Notes: generated from the letters alone by a model not told the origin. DNA of 64,000 bases from Candidatus Methanoperedenaceae archaeon (GCA_963753595.1 CAVWCX010000036.1:150349-214348), one strand, 5' to 3'. Shown: positions 40,298 to 50,727, counted from the first letter of the stretch. Numbers and translations: made by a program.

Positions 40298-43200
40298 TTA
40301 ATCCATATCATACCCTTCTTCTTTCAGCATCTTTAACGTGAAATCCCGGTAGCTCAGCCACTTTGCAGGGTCGAATTCCGATGCATCCTGGTAGTCGATT
40401 CCTTCATCTATCGCCTCTGACTTCGCATCCATCAACTGCTGCATGTATTCGTCTATCGAACCCTTCGCCCTGAGCAGATATATTCTCGGTTTCCTGGTCT
40501 GCTGAGGTCTCAGGATCCTGCTGTATGCCTGGATCTGTTTACTTGGCGTCCAGGACGTATCTGCTATGATGACCACATTAGCCTGGGGAATGTTGAGTCC
40601 CGTTTCGCCGCAAGTCGTAGTAGCGAGTAGAACGTGTGTACCATTATTCTTGAAATCATTGAGAACTACGTTTCTATTCTTGATTCCCTGCGAACCGATG
40701 AATACATGAGACTTAATTCCCCTGGTCTTGAGTTCCTGCTGCATGAGCTTCTGGAAATCAGGTCGCTCCGAGAAGACAATGATCTTCTCTTGTTTAGAGA
40801 GCGCCTCTTCTATCAGGTCGAGAGTTCGTTGTTGCTTTGTGGTGATGCCCCCCGGCCACTGTATATGCTCATTGTTCGTCTTCTTCGATTGGGGAATAGT
40901 GCTGGCGAACTGCAGTTGTGTCAGGTGTGCCAGTACAACCATCTGGTCAATCTTATGACCTTCAGGGCTTTCCTTTTCCAGCCGCAATTGTTCCTTGAAC
41001 CATGCAGCGAACTCGTCCAGCCAGTGCTTGTAATGCTTCACCTGTTCAGGTGACATCTTGATGAGTTCTGTGGATATCTCAGGCTTCGGTATCGTCACAA
41101 AGGCTGCCACCTCTGGCTCTTCCCTCTGCCGTCTGATAATCTTCGGCGACATCATCGCCCACCACTTTGCCGTATCCTTTATCTTAGGCATCTCCCTGGA
41201 CTTCATGCCTTTGTCCAGTGTCTGCTCGAACTGCGGCGTCACCCATTCGATGGAAATGAAATCTTCTTTGAACTGCCTGGTGCCTGTGGTGTAGCCGCTT
41301 TTGTACCCGCGCTCCGAGATTTGCTCGATTGGATTATGGTAACCGTAAGGATTGAGCTCCGTGCCGTCGCCCCAGCCAAAGACAAGAAGGCTGAAGATGT
41401 TGCGCGGATAATTGGCTATCGGCGTGCCGGTGCTGAGAAGCTTGTATCTGGCTTTCAGCATCCTGACAGCCTTTGCCTGTTCACTATCCTTTGCTTTTAT
41501 TTTATGGGCTTCATCCACAGCAATGAACTGGAACCTGCGCCGCATTGCCTTCGCGAAGGTCTTCCTGGTATGCTCGTTCAAAGGTTTCCAGAGTTTGTTG
41601 TATGCGATAAGATTGAACTTCTTCAGTTGTTTCAGGTCCTTCTCTGATTCAATAACCTGATAGTCCGTTATGCCCAGTTCCCTGAACTCTTTTATGAACT
41701 CTTCTTTCAATTTTGGTTCGACGATAATCAGGTTATGCTTTGTTCCATAGAGAAAAGCCAGTGCTGTTATACCTCTCGTTTTTCCCAGTCCCATGGACCA
41801 GCAAAGAAGATTGGTATTCTTCAGGCTCATCCTGATAACATCATCCTTCTGGAAGTCCCAGAGCCAGTCGATACCCAGCGCCTTAAGCTGCTTCTCTCTG
41901 GCTTTGTAGAGATCGGGATACATCGACCTGATACCGTTGTGCTCATTCAGGCAGATCCAATCGCCATCCTTCCTGATATACTGCTCAAACGGCGTAAGCT
42001 GCCTCTCCAGCCAGCGCTTCTTCTTCACGATCCATGTTGTCACCTGGGAATCAAGTGATACATCCAGGTTCGCAACAGACAAGTCGCTTATCATGTTCGG
42101 TATGAATCCTGAATTGTTAAGAATGTGCTTTCTTCTAAACCTGACGTCCGATTCCTGCGTATACGCCTTGAGTCCATCATTCCACTGCTGCCCCATTCCA
42201 TCCAGATACTGTCGGACCTTGAGCGCTTCAAGCAGATTCGAAGATCTGATGACCAGGTTGGAAGAGTCCGGAGCGAGCGCCACCTTGACTCCAACGCGCC
42301 CACTATCGGGCAATGGAAGGTCCGGTTCGGTGACTGTTACCTGTTGCTCTTTCCATGTCTGTGGCATCGTGTGCTCCTGGAAAGCGTTGTCAATAAGGCT
42401 CAGGTCTTCTAATGCTTCATTATAATGCTGTGTTCGTTTCCACTCTTCCAGGACGACATCCAGATCACTAAGTTTCGCAATTGTACGAACAAAAGCACTC
42501 TTGCGATCGTAATGGTGAAACCTGGTGTGATTTATGACGATACTGCATGGCCATGCTGTGCCTGCATCTTTCCATACTTCTGCTGGCATATCCACTCTCA
42601 ATACCAGCTCAGCGTGCTCATTTACCCACTTCTCGAAGGTGTAGGTATTCTCATTTGTGAAGTAACCCATTGGCAGCACGGCAGCCACATACTTTGATGC
42701 ATTCTTGATGGCGATTTCAAGCGCTGCGATGTGCGACTGGATGCTTGAGTTGGGACCAAGACCCCCCCAGCTGGCATTTTCAAGCGGGATATTCTTCTGT
42801 TCTAATTGCATCGAGAATGGCGGGTTGATCAAGAAATAATCCCCCTGGATCGTCGGATGGTTGATCAGCGAATCCCGGACTATATGCGCATCAGGCCAGA
42901 GCCTTGCAGCCATGTGATACGCCTGCTCTTCTAACTCTATTCCTGTTTTCAGGCATGATGGCGAAAGATATCGAAACATCCCACCGATACCGCAGCTATT
43001 GTCAACGACTAATGCCTTTTTCTTTGTCTTATCAAGGCCAAGTGCTGCTGTGACGAACTGCACGATCTCTTTTAGGGTAAAGAATTGTGCATAATTCGCT
43101 TCCCTGCGTCTTGCCATATCTGCAAGTCCGCGGTCGCCTTCTATCTTTACTGTTTGGCCGAGGGTCTTGTAATTATGCAAGATGAAATCCCTGATAGTGA

Positions 43201-43543
43201 ATATATCATTTGCTGGAGTTTCCAGGATGCTCTTCCATAAAGATCCGTTTGGATTTCCCACGATATCAAACGGGATATCCGGTAATTTGAATACCTCCGG
43301 CTGTTCTGTGATATAATAGCGGGTTGACCCAAAGCCGGGAAACTCCTCAAACCCTGACACATCGGGAAGCGAGTACTCAACAGTCACAAGCTTCTCGATA
43401 GGGTTTGTAGCCTCCGGAACGATAGTTGGGGTTACAGGGGTAACCAGCGCAAGAACCTGTTGGGTCGCCGCTATTGTAATTGTATCACTATCGTTATTCT
43501 CTACAAAAGTCGAGAAAGCATCCCAGGTTAATTGTACTGCCAT
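40298..43543 (-). CDS. N6-adenine methyltransferase fused to SNF2 helicase (DarB-like architecture)
   Basis: QFFT, DNSCGIG, NPPF; MGLGKT, DEAH, TGTP, GLNIP, Q..SRI.R. Confidence 0.88.
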   Translation of the reverse strand: MAVQLTWDAFSTFVENNDSDTITIAATQQVLALVTPVTPTIVPEATNPIEKLVTVEYSLPDVSGFEEFPGFGSTRYYITEQPEVFKLPDIPFDIVGNPNGSLWKSILETPANDIFTIRDFILHNYKTLGQTVKIEGDRGLADMARRREANYAQFFTLKEIVQFVTAALGLDKTKKKALVVDNSCGIGGMFRYLSPSCLKTGIELEEQAYHMAARLWPDAHIVRDSLINHPTIQGDYFLINPPFSMQLEQKNIPLENASWGGLGPNSSIQSHIAALEIAIKNASKYVAAVLPMGYFTNENTYTFEKWVNEHAELVLRVDMPAEVWKDAGTAWPCSIVINHTRFHHYDRKSAFVRTIAKLSDLDVVLEEWKRTQHYNEALEDLSLIDNAFQEHTMPQTWKEQQVTVTEPDLPLPDSGRVGVKVALAPDSSNLVIRSSNLLEALKVRQYLDGMGQQWNDGLKAYTQESDVRFRRKHILNNSGFIPNMISDLSVANLDVSLDSQVTTWIVKKKRWLERQLTPFEQYIRKDGDWICLNEHNGIRSMYPDLYKAREKQLKALGIDWLWDFQKDDVIRMSLKNTNLLCWSMGLGKTRGITALAFLYGTKHNLIIVEPKLKEEFIKEFRELGITDYQVIESEKDLKQLKKFNLIAYNKLWKPLNEHTRKTFAKAMRRRFQFIAVDEAHKIKAKDSEQAKAVRMLKARYKLLSTGTPIANYPRNIFSLLVFGWGDGTELNPYGYHNPIEQISERGYKSGYTTGTRQFKEDFISIEWVTPQFEQTLDKGMKSREMPKIKDTAKWWAMMSPKIIRRQREEPEVAAFVTIPKPEISTELIKMSPEQVKHYKHWLDEFAAWFKEQLRLEKESPEGHKIDQMVVLAHLTQLQFASTIPQSKKTNNEHIQWPGGITTKQQRTLDLIEEALSKQEKIIVFSERPDFQKLMQQELKTRGIKSHVFIGSQGIKNRNVVLNDFKNNGTHVLLATTTCGETGLNIPQANVVIIADTSWTPSKQIQAYSRILRPQQTRKPRIYLLRAKGSIDEYMQQLMDAKSEAIDEGIDYQDASEFDPAKWLSYRDFTLKMLKEEGYDMD

Positions 43544-43561
43544 AAAAACTCCTAAAAAAAC

Positions 43562-44131
43562 CTACAAATCTTGAGTAATACCCTTCGTGCTATCCCAGAA
43601 TCTTTCGCCGCTCATTACCAGCGCATATACGTGTTTACACGGCATCTTCGAGCTTATCCCGCGGTTTATGAAATCCTCACAATTGCATCTACCCATGCCA
43701 GCACTTTTATCCACATCTACACCGAACTTTCTTCCATTATGGGCTGTGCATATCCAGCCATCACCATCGGGGTAGAGTTCGAACGACATCTCTTCGGATG
43801 TGGCTCGCATGATCCTGTCGCTGCGCTGTTTACTGTTTGTGGCATCAAAGATCAGTTCAACCATTCGTGAGTCCGGTTTCTGGCATGTCGCTATCTGTTG
43901 CCGATGAGATTTTCCAGTGTCCTCGATTGTGATTATTTCACCATGTTCTATTGTTTCCAGGAAATCTTCGACAGCCTGTTCTGCCAGACCAGTTGCCCGC
44001 TTCTGAGCTTCGGAATAATCCCCATCGACTCCCGCTACCCTGAATCCGAACTCAGCGGTGTGAACCACTTTACCCACAGGCACTTGAATCCCCCTTCTTG
44101 CCTCAACGGCATCAATAAACATCTGGCTCAC
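43562..44131 (-). CDS. SWIM zinc-finger protein
   Basis: CNCEDF...PCKH. Confidence 0.8.
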   Translation of the reverse strand: MSQMFIDAVEARRGIQVPVGKVVHTAEFGFRVAGVDGDYSEAQKRATGLAEQAVEDFLETIEHGEIITIEDTGKSHRQQIATCQKPDSRMVELIFDATNSKQRSDRIMRATSEEMSFELYPDGDGWICTAHNGRKFGVDVDKSAGMGRCNCEDFINRGISSKMPCKHVYALVMSGERFWDSTKGITQDL

Positions 44132-44241
44132 CGCTTTCTTCCTTCATTCGACTTCCTTGGCGACAAACTCTCTCAAGATCCATTTTCTTCTCCTTCTGGC
44201 TCATGCCAGAGTTAATGAATCTGTTCAGTTTGCCTGAACAC

Positions 44242-44275
44242 GACAGATTTCAGCACTCGCAGTGCGAAATCTGGC
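44242..44275. repeat. Dispersed bulged-hairpin element, copy F
   Basis: GACAGATTTC-A-GCAC-TCGCA-GTGC-GAAATCTGGC. Confidence 0.9.
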
Positions 44276-44286
44276 ATCAATAAATG

Positions 44287-44691
44287 TCATACTTCTTTCA
44301 AGACCTCCAGTGGAATAGAAGCCTCATCTGCATAATAAAAAGAGTCGATCCGAAGCAGCCAGATAATGCCGGTTACTTTCGACTTAATTACTCTGAAGAG
44401 TTGGTCAGGTTTCGCATAATCCTGTGGCAATGAGATGACATCCGGATGTTTCGCGGCAGTTCTGATTTTCCGGTGCCGCGGATCTTCCGGGTGACTTGCG
44501 ACCAAATACGGTTTTGCAGGTGTGAGCTTTAGATTCATACCAACCCTCTCTACCAGGTAATACTCGCCTGATTGCACCATCCCTTTCTTGAAGGATATCT
44601 GTACTTCCCTGCCATCGTATGCATAGGTTCTCTTGAGTGTCTCATAAGGCGACTCACTCTTAAGAAGAGCCTCTACATCCAGTTTCACCAT
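44287..44691 (-). CDS. Hypothetical protein
   Basis: ORF abutting the terminase stop. Confidence 0.6.
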   Translation of the reverse strand: MVKLDVEALLKSESPYETLKRTYAYDGREVQISFKKGMVQSGEYYLVERVGMNLKLTPAKPYLVASHPEDPRHRKIRTAAKHPDVISLPQDYAKPDQLFRVIKSKVTGIIWLLRIDSFYYADEASIPLEVLKEV

Positions 44692-46308
44692 TTAATACCC
44701 CATAGGTAACATTGTTTGCTTTCTCCTTCGTTTGCAAAAAGGCAGCAGTGCATAGCATGATGCCGCAAAACTATGAGCCCTCGTTATCGAATACCTTCGT
44801 TTGACAGTCTCCCTGGACTCCACTTCAACAATATCTGCCATGTTGAGTTCCAGAAGGTACTCGTCTATCGACTGGCTCTGGTCGATATCGATAATATGGT
44901 ATGTTTTGTTCGTGATGTGTGTTTCCAGGATCTCGCACATTGCCGAGTGGTCTACATCGCAGAAGTACTCCCACTGTTCTTTGGGCAGCAGTTGCCTGGA
45001 ATCCGAGTCTTTGTTCTTCACTGTCCAGGATGGGAACGACTCTTTTCTATCACCTGTTGTAACTGCCCAGACTTTCTTCGGGAACATTGACATGAGCTCT
45101 TGCGGCATCTTCTTTGAGTAACCCGCATCGCACATCACATAATCCGGTTTCTCGAAGTTGATCAGGTTTATTGCATCGCTCAGGTGCTTCCTGATGCGTC
45201 TCTCATTTGCTTCCAGCTCTCGCTCGATCGCTGATGTAGCCGAGGACTTCGCTCTTCGTCCTTCGAACTCTGATACTTCATTAGGATCACCCCAACTGCC
45301 TGTCCTGATAAGCACCGGTTCATTTGTTGCTGTCATTCCGCAAACGATCCAGCGGGTTACATTGCCCCAGTCTATGCCAATTGACTTTGTGACTATGCTA
45401 TTCAGTAGTCGCCGTGTCTCGTTTATATCAGTGACTATAAGGCCCTTCGTGGTTTCATACGGAGCGGGTTTCAGACCAGCGCCATTGAAGAATGCACACT
45501 CTACTTCAGTTAGATATAGGGTCTTTGGATAGCTCTTCTTCTTCTCTGCTAAAGATGCTTGTGTTTCGAACGGACTCCATTCCTGAGATAAATGATAACC
45601 ACTATACCCCTGGGTTGCATTCTTATTAGTTGGAGCCCACTTCTTGCCATTCCATTCTTTCTTATCTGACTTCTCCCATAGATCATGCCAGAGCGTACCC
45701 TGGGGCCCGCCTGTACCCATTGCGATTATCTGCCTTCCCGGAAGGTTGACAACTTCAAGCAGCACATACCATGCGGTTCTCGTCATATCCTGCATTTCAT
45801 CCACGACGCCATAATGCCTGTGTGGGCCGCGTATCGCTTTGCCGGTCGCCCAGGCACCTTTCGCGGTCCACTTGCTACCGTTCGCAAGGTCTATTTCCCC
45901 AACCTGGTCTGAGCCATCGGCAGCCTCTATAAGTTTATTAAGTGCTCGATGCTGGCTATCTATTATATTTGGTCTGAATATCTCCTTTGTCAATCTCCAT
46001 GCCTGATTGTCTGTTGGTGCAGTGGCTATCGCACTCTTTCCTTTGCCCTTCAGAGTCACCAACTTATGAGTTATCTTATTCGTTGCTATCGTTGACTTCG
46101 TTAAAGACCTCGCAAGGAAAAGAATAATAAACTCGGACTCATCCTTGTAAATATCCTTAGCGTAAGGAAGTTTATCTAAAGAGTATTGCTCTCCGTTCAC
46201 GGTAAAGAACTTCTCTGCGAAGTAGGCTGAGTCATTCTGGATACGGGTATATTCCGCGATTTGATCTTTGGTCAGGTTGTTGGGGTCTATTTGCTGTTGC
46301 TGCTGCAC
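44692..46308 (-). CDS. Terminase large subunit-like ATPase-nuclease
   Basis: Atypical Walker A ARSLTKST, APT..QA, IRG....VVDE, GYHLSQ, RNase H-like IGIDWG and CDAGY. Confidence 0.8.
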   Translation of the reverse strand: MQQQQQIDPNNLTKDQIAEYTRIQNDSAYFAEKFFTVNGEQYSLDKLPYAKDIYKDESEFIILFLARSLTKSTIATNKITHKLVTLKGKGKSAIATAPTDNQAWRLTKEIFRPNIIDSQHRALNKLIEAADGSDQVGEIDLANGSKWTAKGAWATGKAIRGPHRHYGVVDEMQDMTRTAWYVLLEVVNLPGRQIIAMGTGGPQGTLWHDLWEKSDKKEWNGKKWAPTNKNATQGYSGYHLSQEWSPFETQASLAEKKKSYPKTLYLTEVECAFFNGAGLKPAPYETTKGLIVTDINETRRLLNSIVTKSIGIDWGNVTRWIVCGMTATNEPVLIRTGSWGDPNEVSEFEGRRAKSSATSAIERELEANERRIRKHLSDAINLINFEKPDYVMCDAGYSKKMPQELMSMFPKKVWAVTTGDRKESFPSWTVKNKDSDSRQLLPKEQWEYFCDVDHSAMCEILETHITNKTYHIIDIDQSQSIDEYLLELNMADIVEVESRETVKRRYSITRAHSFAASCYALLPFCKRRRKQTMLPMGY

Positions 46309-46326
46309 TCCTAACTCATCTCCATT

Positions 46327-47400
46327 CTAAGTCTCTTCCTCTGTCTCTTCATCATCTTGCGAACTCTGTGAATTATCATGTTTGACAATTCTTGCCGTGA
46401 CGTCTATCGAATTTACTCTCTTCAATGGAGTCCACAAAAGTGATAGTTCACCAGGAATCGATTGTGTATCTTCTGTCCTTGATGGCGGTACCAGTAATCC
46501 GAAGTCCTTGAGTTTCTGCTGGATCCTCGCATCAAAAGTAGTGATGTTGGACAACAGGTAGTGTGCCTTGAAAGCTACGATCTGGCCTGTTTCCGGGTCG
46601 TGTACTGAGCTCTTGAAATCTGCGGATATTACTTTGTTAGTCATAAGATCCCTGGATACTATCTGGACTGCGATGTAGCGAAGTTCGTTCATTAAATTGT
46701 TCGACTCATCCCACCCCAGTTTTATCCTGAACGACTCCGCGAGATCCTTGACAAACTGTGCTATCTCCGGCTTATTCTGGCTCCAGAAATACATTGCATC
46801 CGAAGGAAGACAACCTGCGCCTGTAGTCACACTTGTCACGGTCAATGTTGTGAGTCCTGGCTTCCTTCCTTCATTGGGTGAATAATGTTTGATACACTTT
46901 GTCTTATCCGGCATCGCGGCATTGAAGCACAGGGGACCATTAGCTAACTTCCTGTTGCAGATCAATGTTGAGAAACAGTATGTCTTCCCTTTCGACTCTC
47001 TTGCGGTCACTTCGCGTAAGACATCTCCCTCCTTATCTGTGATGATCACACCGCTCAGTTCAGGGCGAAGTTCGAGCTGAATCATTTTATCGTCCCTTGT
47101 CACGATCATCAACAACATATCCGACGACTTCTCAATATCGGCTTCCATTATCCAGGACGCTCCAAGAAGAGTAGTGAGACGTCCTAAAAACGGGGCGTCA
47201 TTATTTCCTGGCATCTCATTCCAGATAAACCATAACAGTGGGTGTGTTTGCATGCCATCCGAAAGTTCCCATGGTTTTTTCTTTGGAGCATGTTGTTCCT
47301 CTTTGAAATCCTGCATTTCTTTCATATACTGTGATATGTCTTCATTCTCGCCCGGTCGTTCGGTTGCTTCTTCATTTTCTTTATCTTCTTCAGTTTTCAT
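46327..47400 (-). CDS. Putative terminase small subunit-like protein
   Basis: Position upstream of TerL; C..K...G..C...A......C..H zinc motif. Confidence 0.4.
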   Translation of the reverse strand: MKTEEDKENEEATERPGENEDISQYMKEMQDFKEEQHAPKKKPWELSDGMQTHPLLWFIWNEMPGNNDAPFLGRLTTLLGASWIMEADIEKSSDMLLMIVTRDDKMIQLELRPELSGVIITDKEGDVLREVTARESKGKTYCFSTLICNRKLANGPLCFNAAMPDKTKCIKHYSPNEGRKPGLTTLTVTSVTTGAGCLPSDAMYFWSQNKPEIAQFVKDLAESFRIKLGWDESNNLMNELRYIAVQIVSRDLMTNKVISADFKSSVHDPETGQIVAFKAHYLLSNITTFDARIQQKLKDFGLLVPPSRTEDTQSIPGELSLLWTPLKRVNSIDVTARIVKHDNSQSSQDDEETEEET

Positions 47401-47454
47401 TATGTCCTCGTTTGTGAATATGATCGCATATCAAAATGTTTACAATTTTCCGGG

Positions 47455-49539
47455 CTACACCACCCGGAAACGATTATTGCTCACTTCGATAAGGTCGCCT
47501 GCGGTTTTGAGTTTCGCTATTGCATCCAAAATATATTCCTTCTTGAGTCCTTCCTTTTCTAAGGTTTGTGTGAGCAGATCTTCTGGAACACTATTCCCAT
47601 TCCCACCCTGCAGAGACCTCACTGCTTCCAGAATTATCCTTAAACGGTCGCGCTGGCTTTTACCCATCCCGGTATTTATGAGGTCTGAGTCCAGATTCCC
47701 GGTTTGCGGATCCCTGATCACCTGGTTTAGGCTAACTGTTACTATCCTGATCACCCGTCTTGCGTCCTCTATGGTTGTTTGGCTGCTCAATCTCGTTCTG
47801 GCGCTTGCCTGTGCGCAGCGGATCAGTGCCTCAAGTTGACGGGCTGTTACTGGAAGCGGGGTATCGGGGTCTTCGCCAAGTTTTCGCAGGCTCAAGTAAA
47901 AGTCATTAAGCATCTTCCTTGCCTCTGGCTGAATGAGTGGATATGAAGTCCTTCTGGCATATGCTATGTACTTCCTCAGGAACTCAACATCGAATACAGG
48001 TTTGATCGTACTCATCGCTTCTGTAACCTGTTCTTCGGTTATACCCGAATTTTTCACATACTTGCGTCGAAGAGCCAGCTCTCCCGCAATATGCGTCTTA
48101 AATATATGGGCGGATACCGCTGTGTCCTGAATTGTATTTGGCTCATCCCTGATAATGAATATCAGATCAAACCTCGACAATAATGTCGGTGGCAAATTTA
48201 TCTGTTTTCCGATAGGTTCGTCCTTATCAAACCTGCCGTATTTTGGATTAGCAGCACCCAAAACAGAGCATCTTGCCCTCAGGGTGGTGTTTATTCCGGC
48301 CTTGTTTATCGTGACCGTCTGCTGCTCCATGGCTTCGTGCATTGCACTCCTGTCCCCTACTTCCATCTTATCCAGTTCGTCCACACAGGCAAGTCCCATG
48401 TCTGCAAGCACGAGTGCCCCTGCTTCAAGTGTCCATCTGCCTCCCCCGAACTCATTATCTTTTACAGCAGTTGCGGTCAGTCCTGCTGCGGATGAACCTT
48501 TACCGCTTGTGAAAACACCGCGCGGCGATAGTCTCCTTGAATAACGCAGGCATTGCGACTTTGCCACACCAGGGTCGCCTACCAGCAACACATGAATATC
48601 TCCGCGGATCTTCAAGCCATCAGGATTTGCCACTGGCAGCCCCCCGAACAATTGCAGCGTCATCGCTTCCTTTACTTCGCTATACCCGTATATTGAGGGG
48701 GCAACTGACCCCATTAGTTTCGAGTATATGTCCGGATCTGTGCTTAGTTCCTTTATTTTTTGCTCGTCTTCTTTTGTTACCTCGATCTCTTCAAAACCTT
48801 TCTCCTCAGCCTCAATCGAAACGGTTTCCAATATCAGGTCAAAGGCTGTGCTCTTTCCCTGCTGAGTTACTCTTTGATATGAACGCAGGATGCCCACAAT
48901 GACCACGCGGTCTCCTGGAGAAACCTGTCCTGTGATATCCTCGACTACAGAAGCGTCGAGTGTTTGAGGTTGTTCACCCGGGCGAACTTCGTCTGGCGAA
49001 TCCTGGATCCGTATCTTCTGGAAGTCTATAAAGTCCGATTCCCCCGGCACCAACTTAAATGGTCCCCTCCTGCCGCATGCATCATTACCGCATTCAAACG
49101 GTTCATCAAAAACATACTCCTCCTGCTTCAGATAGGTGATATCGCCGCATCTTGCACACTTGAATGCGGCATTAGTAACCTTTGGTCTGACCTCTGTTGC
49201 TTTTCTGACTAAACCGGTCACAGCGATCAGTTTATTAATGTTCGTACTGCGAATATCCCTGATCGGTGTTAGTTCCGGCAGGTGTTCAACACGTACATGA
49301 GCCTCTGTTATCTCTGTATCTGCAGGAAGGTCAAGTCCTCTTAAGGACTCTGTAGCATGCCTTATGACCCCATCAGGGAAATCCAGAAGTTCCCGTGCCA
49401 ACTCCATATCAAATCTTTCAAGGTTGCCAAACTCAATCCACAGGCTCTTAGTGTCGGGATACTGATTTGCCAGCCCAAGTATTTGCTCCCAATAATATCT
49501 CTTATAGAACTCATCCCAGACCTCTTTACAAGACTCCAT
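47455..49539 (-). CDS. mcm: MCM replicative helicase (element-encoded)
   Basis: Zn finger, GDPGVAKSQ, VDELDKM, LLSRFD, TARQLE, C-terminal wHTH. Confidence 0.95.
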   Translation of the reverse strand: MESCKEVWDEFYKRYYWEQILGLANQYPDTKSLWIEFGNLERFDMELARELLDFPDGVIRHATESLRGLDLPADTEITEAHVRVEHLPELTPIRDIRSTNINKLIAVTGLVRKATEVRPKVTNAAFKCARCGDITYLKQEEYVFDEPFECGNDACGRRGPFKLVPGESDFIDFQKIRIQDSPDEVRPGEQPQTLDASVVEDITGQVSPGDRVVIVGILRSYQRVTQQGKSTAFDLILETVSIEAEEKGFEEIEVTKEDEQKIKELSTDPDIYSKLMGSVAPSIYGYSEVKEAMTLQLFGGLPVANPDGLKIRGDIHVLLVGDPGVAKSQCLRYSRRLSPRGVFTSGKGSSAAGLTATAVKDNEFGGGRWTLEAGALVLADMGLACVDELDKMEVGDRSAMHEAMEQQTVTINKAGINTTLRARCSVLGAANPKYGRFDKDEPIGKQINLPPTLLSRFDLIFIIRDEPNTIQDTAVSAHIFKTHIAGELALRRKYVKNSGITEEQVTEAMSTIKPVFDVEFLRKYIAYARRTSYPLIQPEARKMLNDFYLSLRKLGEDPDTPLPVTARQLEALIRCAQASARTRLSSQTTIEDARRVIRIVTVSLNQVIRDPQTGNLDSDLINTGMGKSQRDRLRIILEAVRSLQGGNGNSVPEDLLTQTLEKEGLKKEYILDAIAKLKTAGDLIEVSNNRFRVV

Positions 49540-49541
49540 GG

Positions 49542-50321
49542 TTAACCCACCGCTTCCACCACACTGGGTATTACCGTCGAATTATCCGGCGCCTTGAATT
49601 CCTGCATTATCCAAAAGTCCACCTCTTTCGGCGTCGGAAGGTTCAGCCACATCATTAGCAGTGCATAGAAAGGTTCTTTGATCTTGTCCTGCGCTTTTAG
49701 AAATTGGAGGTTGGGAAGATTTGGGAAATCGTGATATCGAGCCTTACCCAGGTGTTCAAGCGATATACGCTCAGGTTTTAGTCCGTATAACCACTCCAGT
49801 ACTTCATCTGGTTCTATCTTCATCTTCTGAACAATACGAATCTCATCTGCAGCAGATAACTTACCTGTTGCTGCATGTTGCATCACCAATGCTAACTTGC
49901 TCTCTCTTTCCCATTCGCCCGGTGTCTTGATTCTGTGTGCTTTGCGGGTCTTTTCATGCAAAAGCAGTCCTTTATCTTTGTTCTCCTGACCGCTCACATC
50001 AGACTTCCCTCGCTCCTTCAATATTACAGTCTTGATACGTTCATCGAGTCCAACGATGTCAATATCGAGTTTTATCTTTCTGTCCTCCAGTGTTCGTACC
50101 CTATCCCCCAGTATCTGTATCTCTTTTCTCGAAAGTGTTAACTGATCTTCTATATCCTTTCTTTGAGCTTCCCGTGTTGATTTAGCATTGATGAGTGTTA
50201 CTTTCTCATTTGCATTGTTCACTATGGAATCACGAACAATCTTACCAAGGCCGCCGAGTAAATCCACACTCTCCCATTGTGCCAGTGATAGTCTCAGAAG
50301 TCTCGCCTTATTAGTTACCAT
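49542..50321 (-). CDS. Coiled-coil protein upstream of MCM, possible replication accessory
   Basis: Operonic with mcm; heptad-rich N-terminal half. Confidence 0.55.
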   Translation of the reverse strand: MVTNKARLLRLSLAQWESVDLLGGLGKIVRDSIVNNANEKVTLINAKSTREAQRKDIEDQLTLSRKEIQILGDRVRTLEDRKIKLDIDIVGLDERIKTVILKERGKSDVSGQENKDKGLLLHEKTRKAHRIKTPGEWERESKLALVMQHAATGKLSAADEIRIVQKMKIEPDEVLEWLYGLKPERISLEHLGKARYHDFPNLPNLQFLKAQDKIKEPFYALLMMWLNLPTPKEVDFWIMQEFKAPDNSTVIPSVVEAVG

Positions 50322-50325
50322 AGAG

Positions 50326-50727
50326 TCACCTGGCCTTTGTTGCTGGGTTTGTGGTGCTCAGGAGTCTTTCGACTGCGTCCCTCGCAAACTCACTTCTGCT
50401 GTGAAACTTTCTCTCTTCTACTGCGGAATCCATCAAATCCAACTGTGTTTCCGTGAAGCGAATGTATGTGGGTTTGCCGTCATGGATAAATTCCTGATCT
50501 TTACCTGGCAAGATCATACCCCCCGTACCCCTTATGAAAAGCCTTACTGCTTCCCTTACAAACTCACTTGCGTTTAAGTATCCCCACTTTTTTGCCGCGT
50601 TGTCTATATCTTTCAGCATACTCTCCGTAAAACGTATGTATGTTGGTATACTGCCGATAGGTGGCTTTTTCCTCCGTCCTCCTTTCTTTACCATAATCCT
50701 CTCGATAATACTATAGTAATACTTCAT
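50326..50727 (-). CDS. Tandem double ribbon-helix-helix regulator (start probably MVKKGG)
   Basis: Duplicated PTYIRFTE ... SEF.R.AV units. Confidence 0.75.
   Translation of the reverse strand: MKYYYSIIERIMVKKGGRRKKPPIGSIPTYIRFTESMLKDIDNAAKKWGYLNASEFVREAVRLFIRGTGGMILPGKDQEFIHDGKPTYIRFTETQLDLMDSAVEERKFHSRSEFARDAVERLLSTTNPATKAR

Noticed and set aside
1-44275. Hairpin repeats as a CRISPR array
   Set aside because: Copies are kilobases apart with genes between them; there are no regular spacers and no cas genes.
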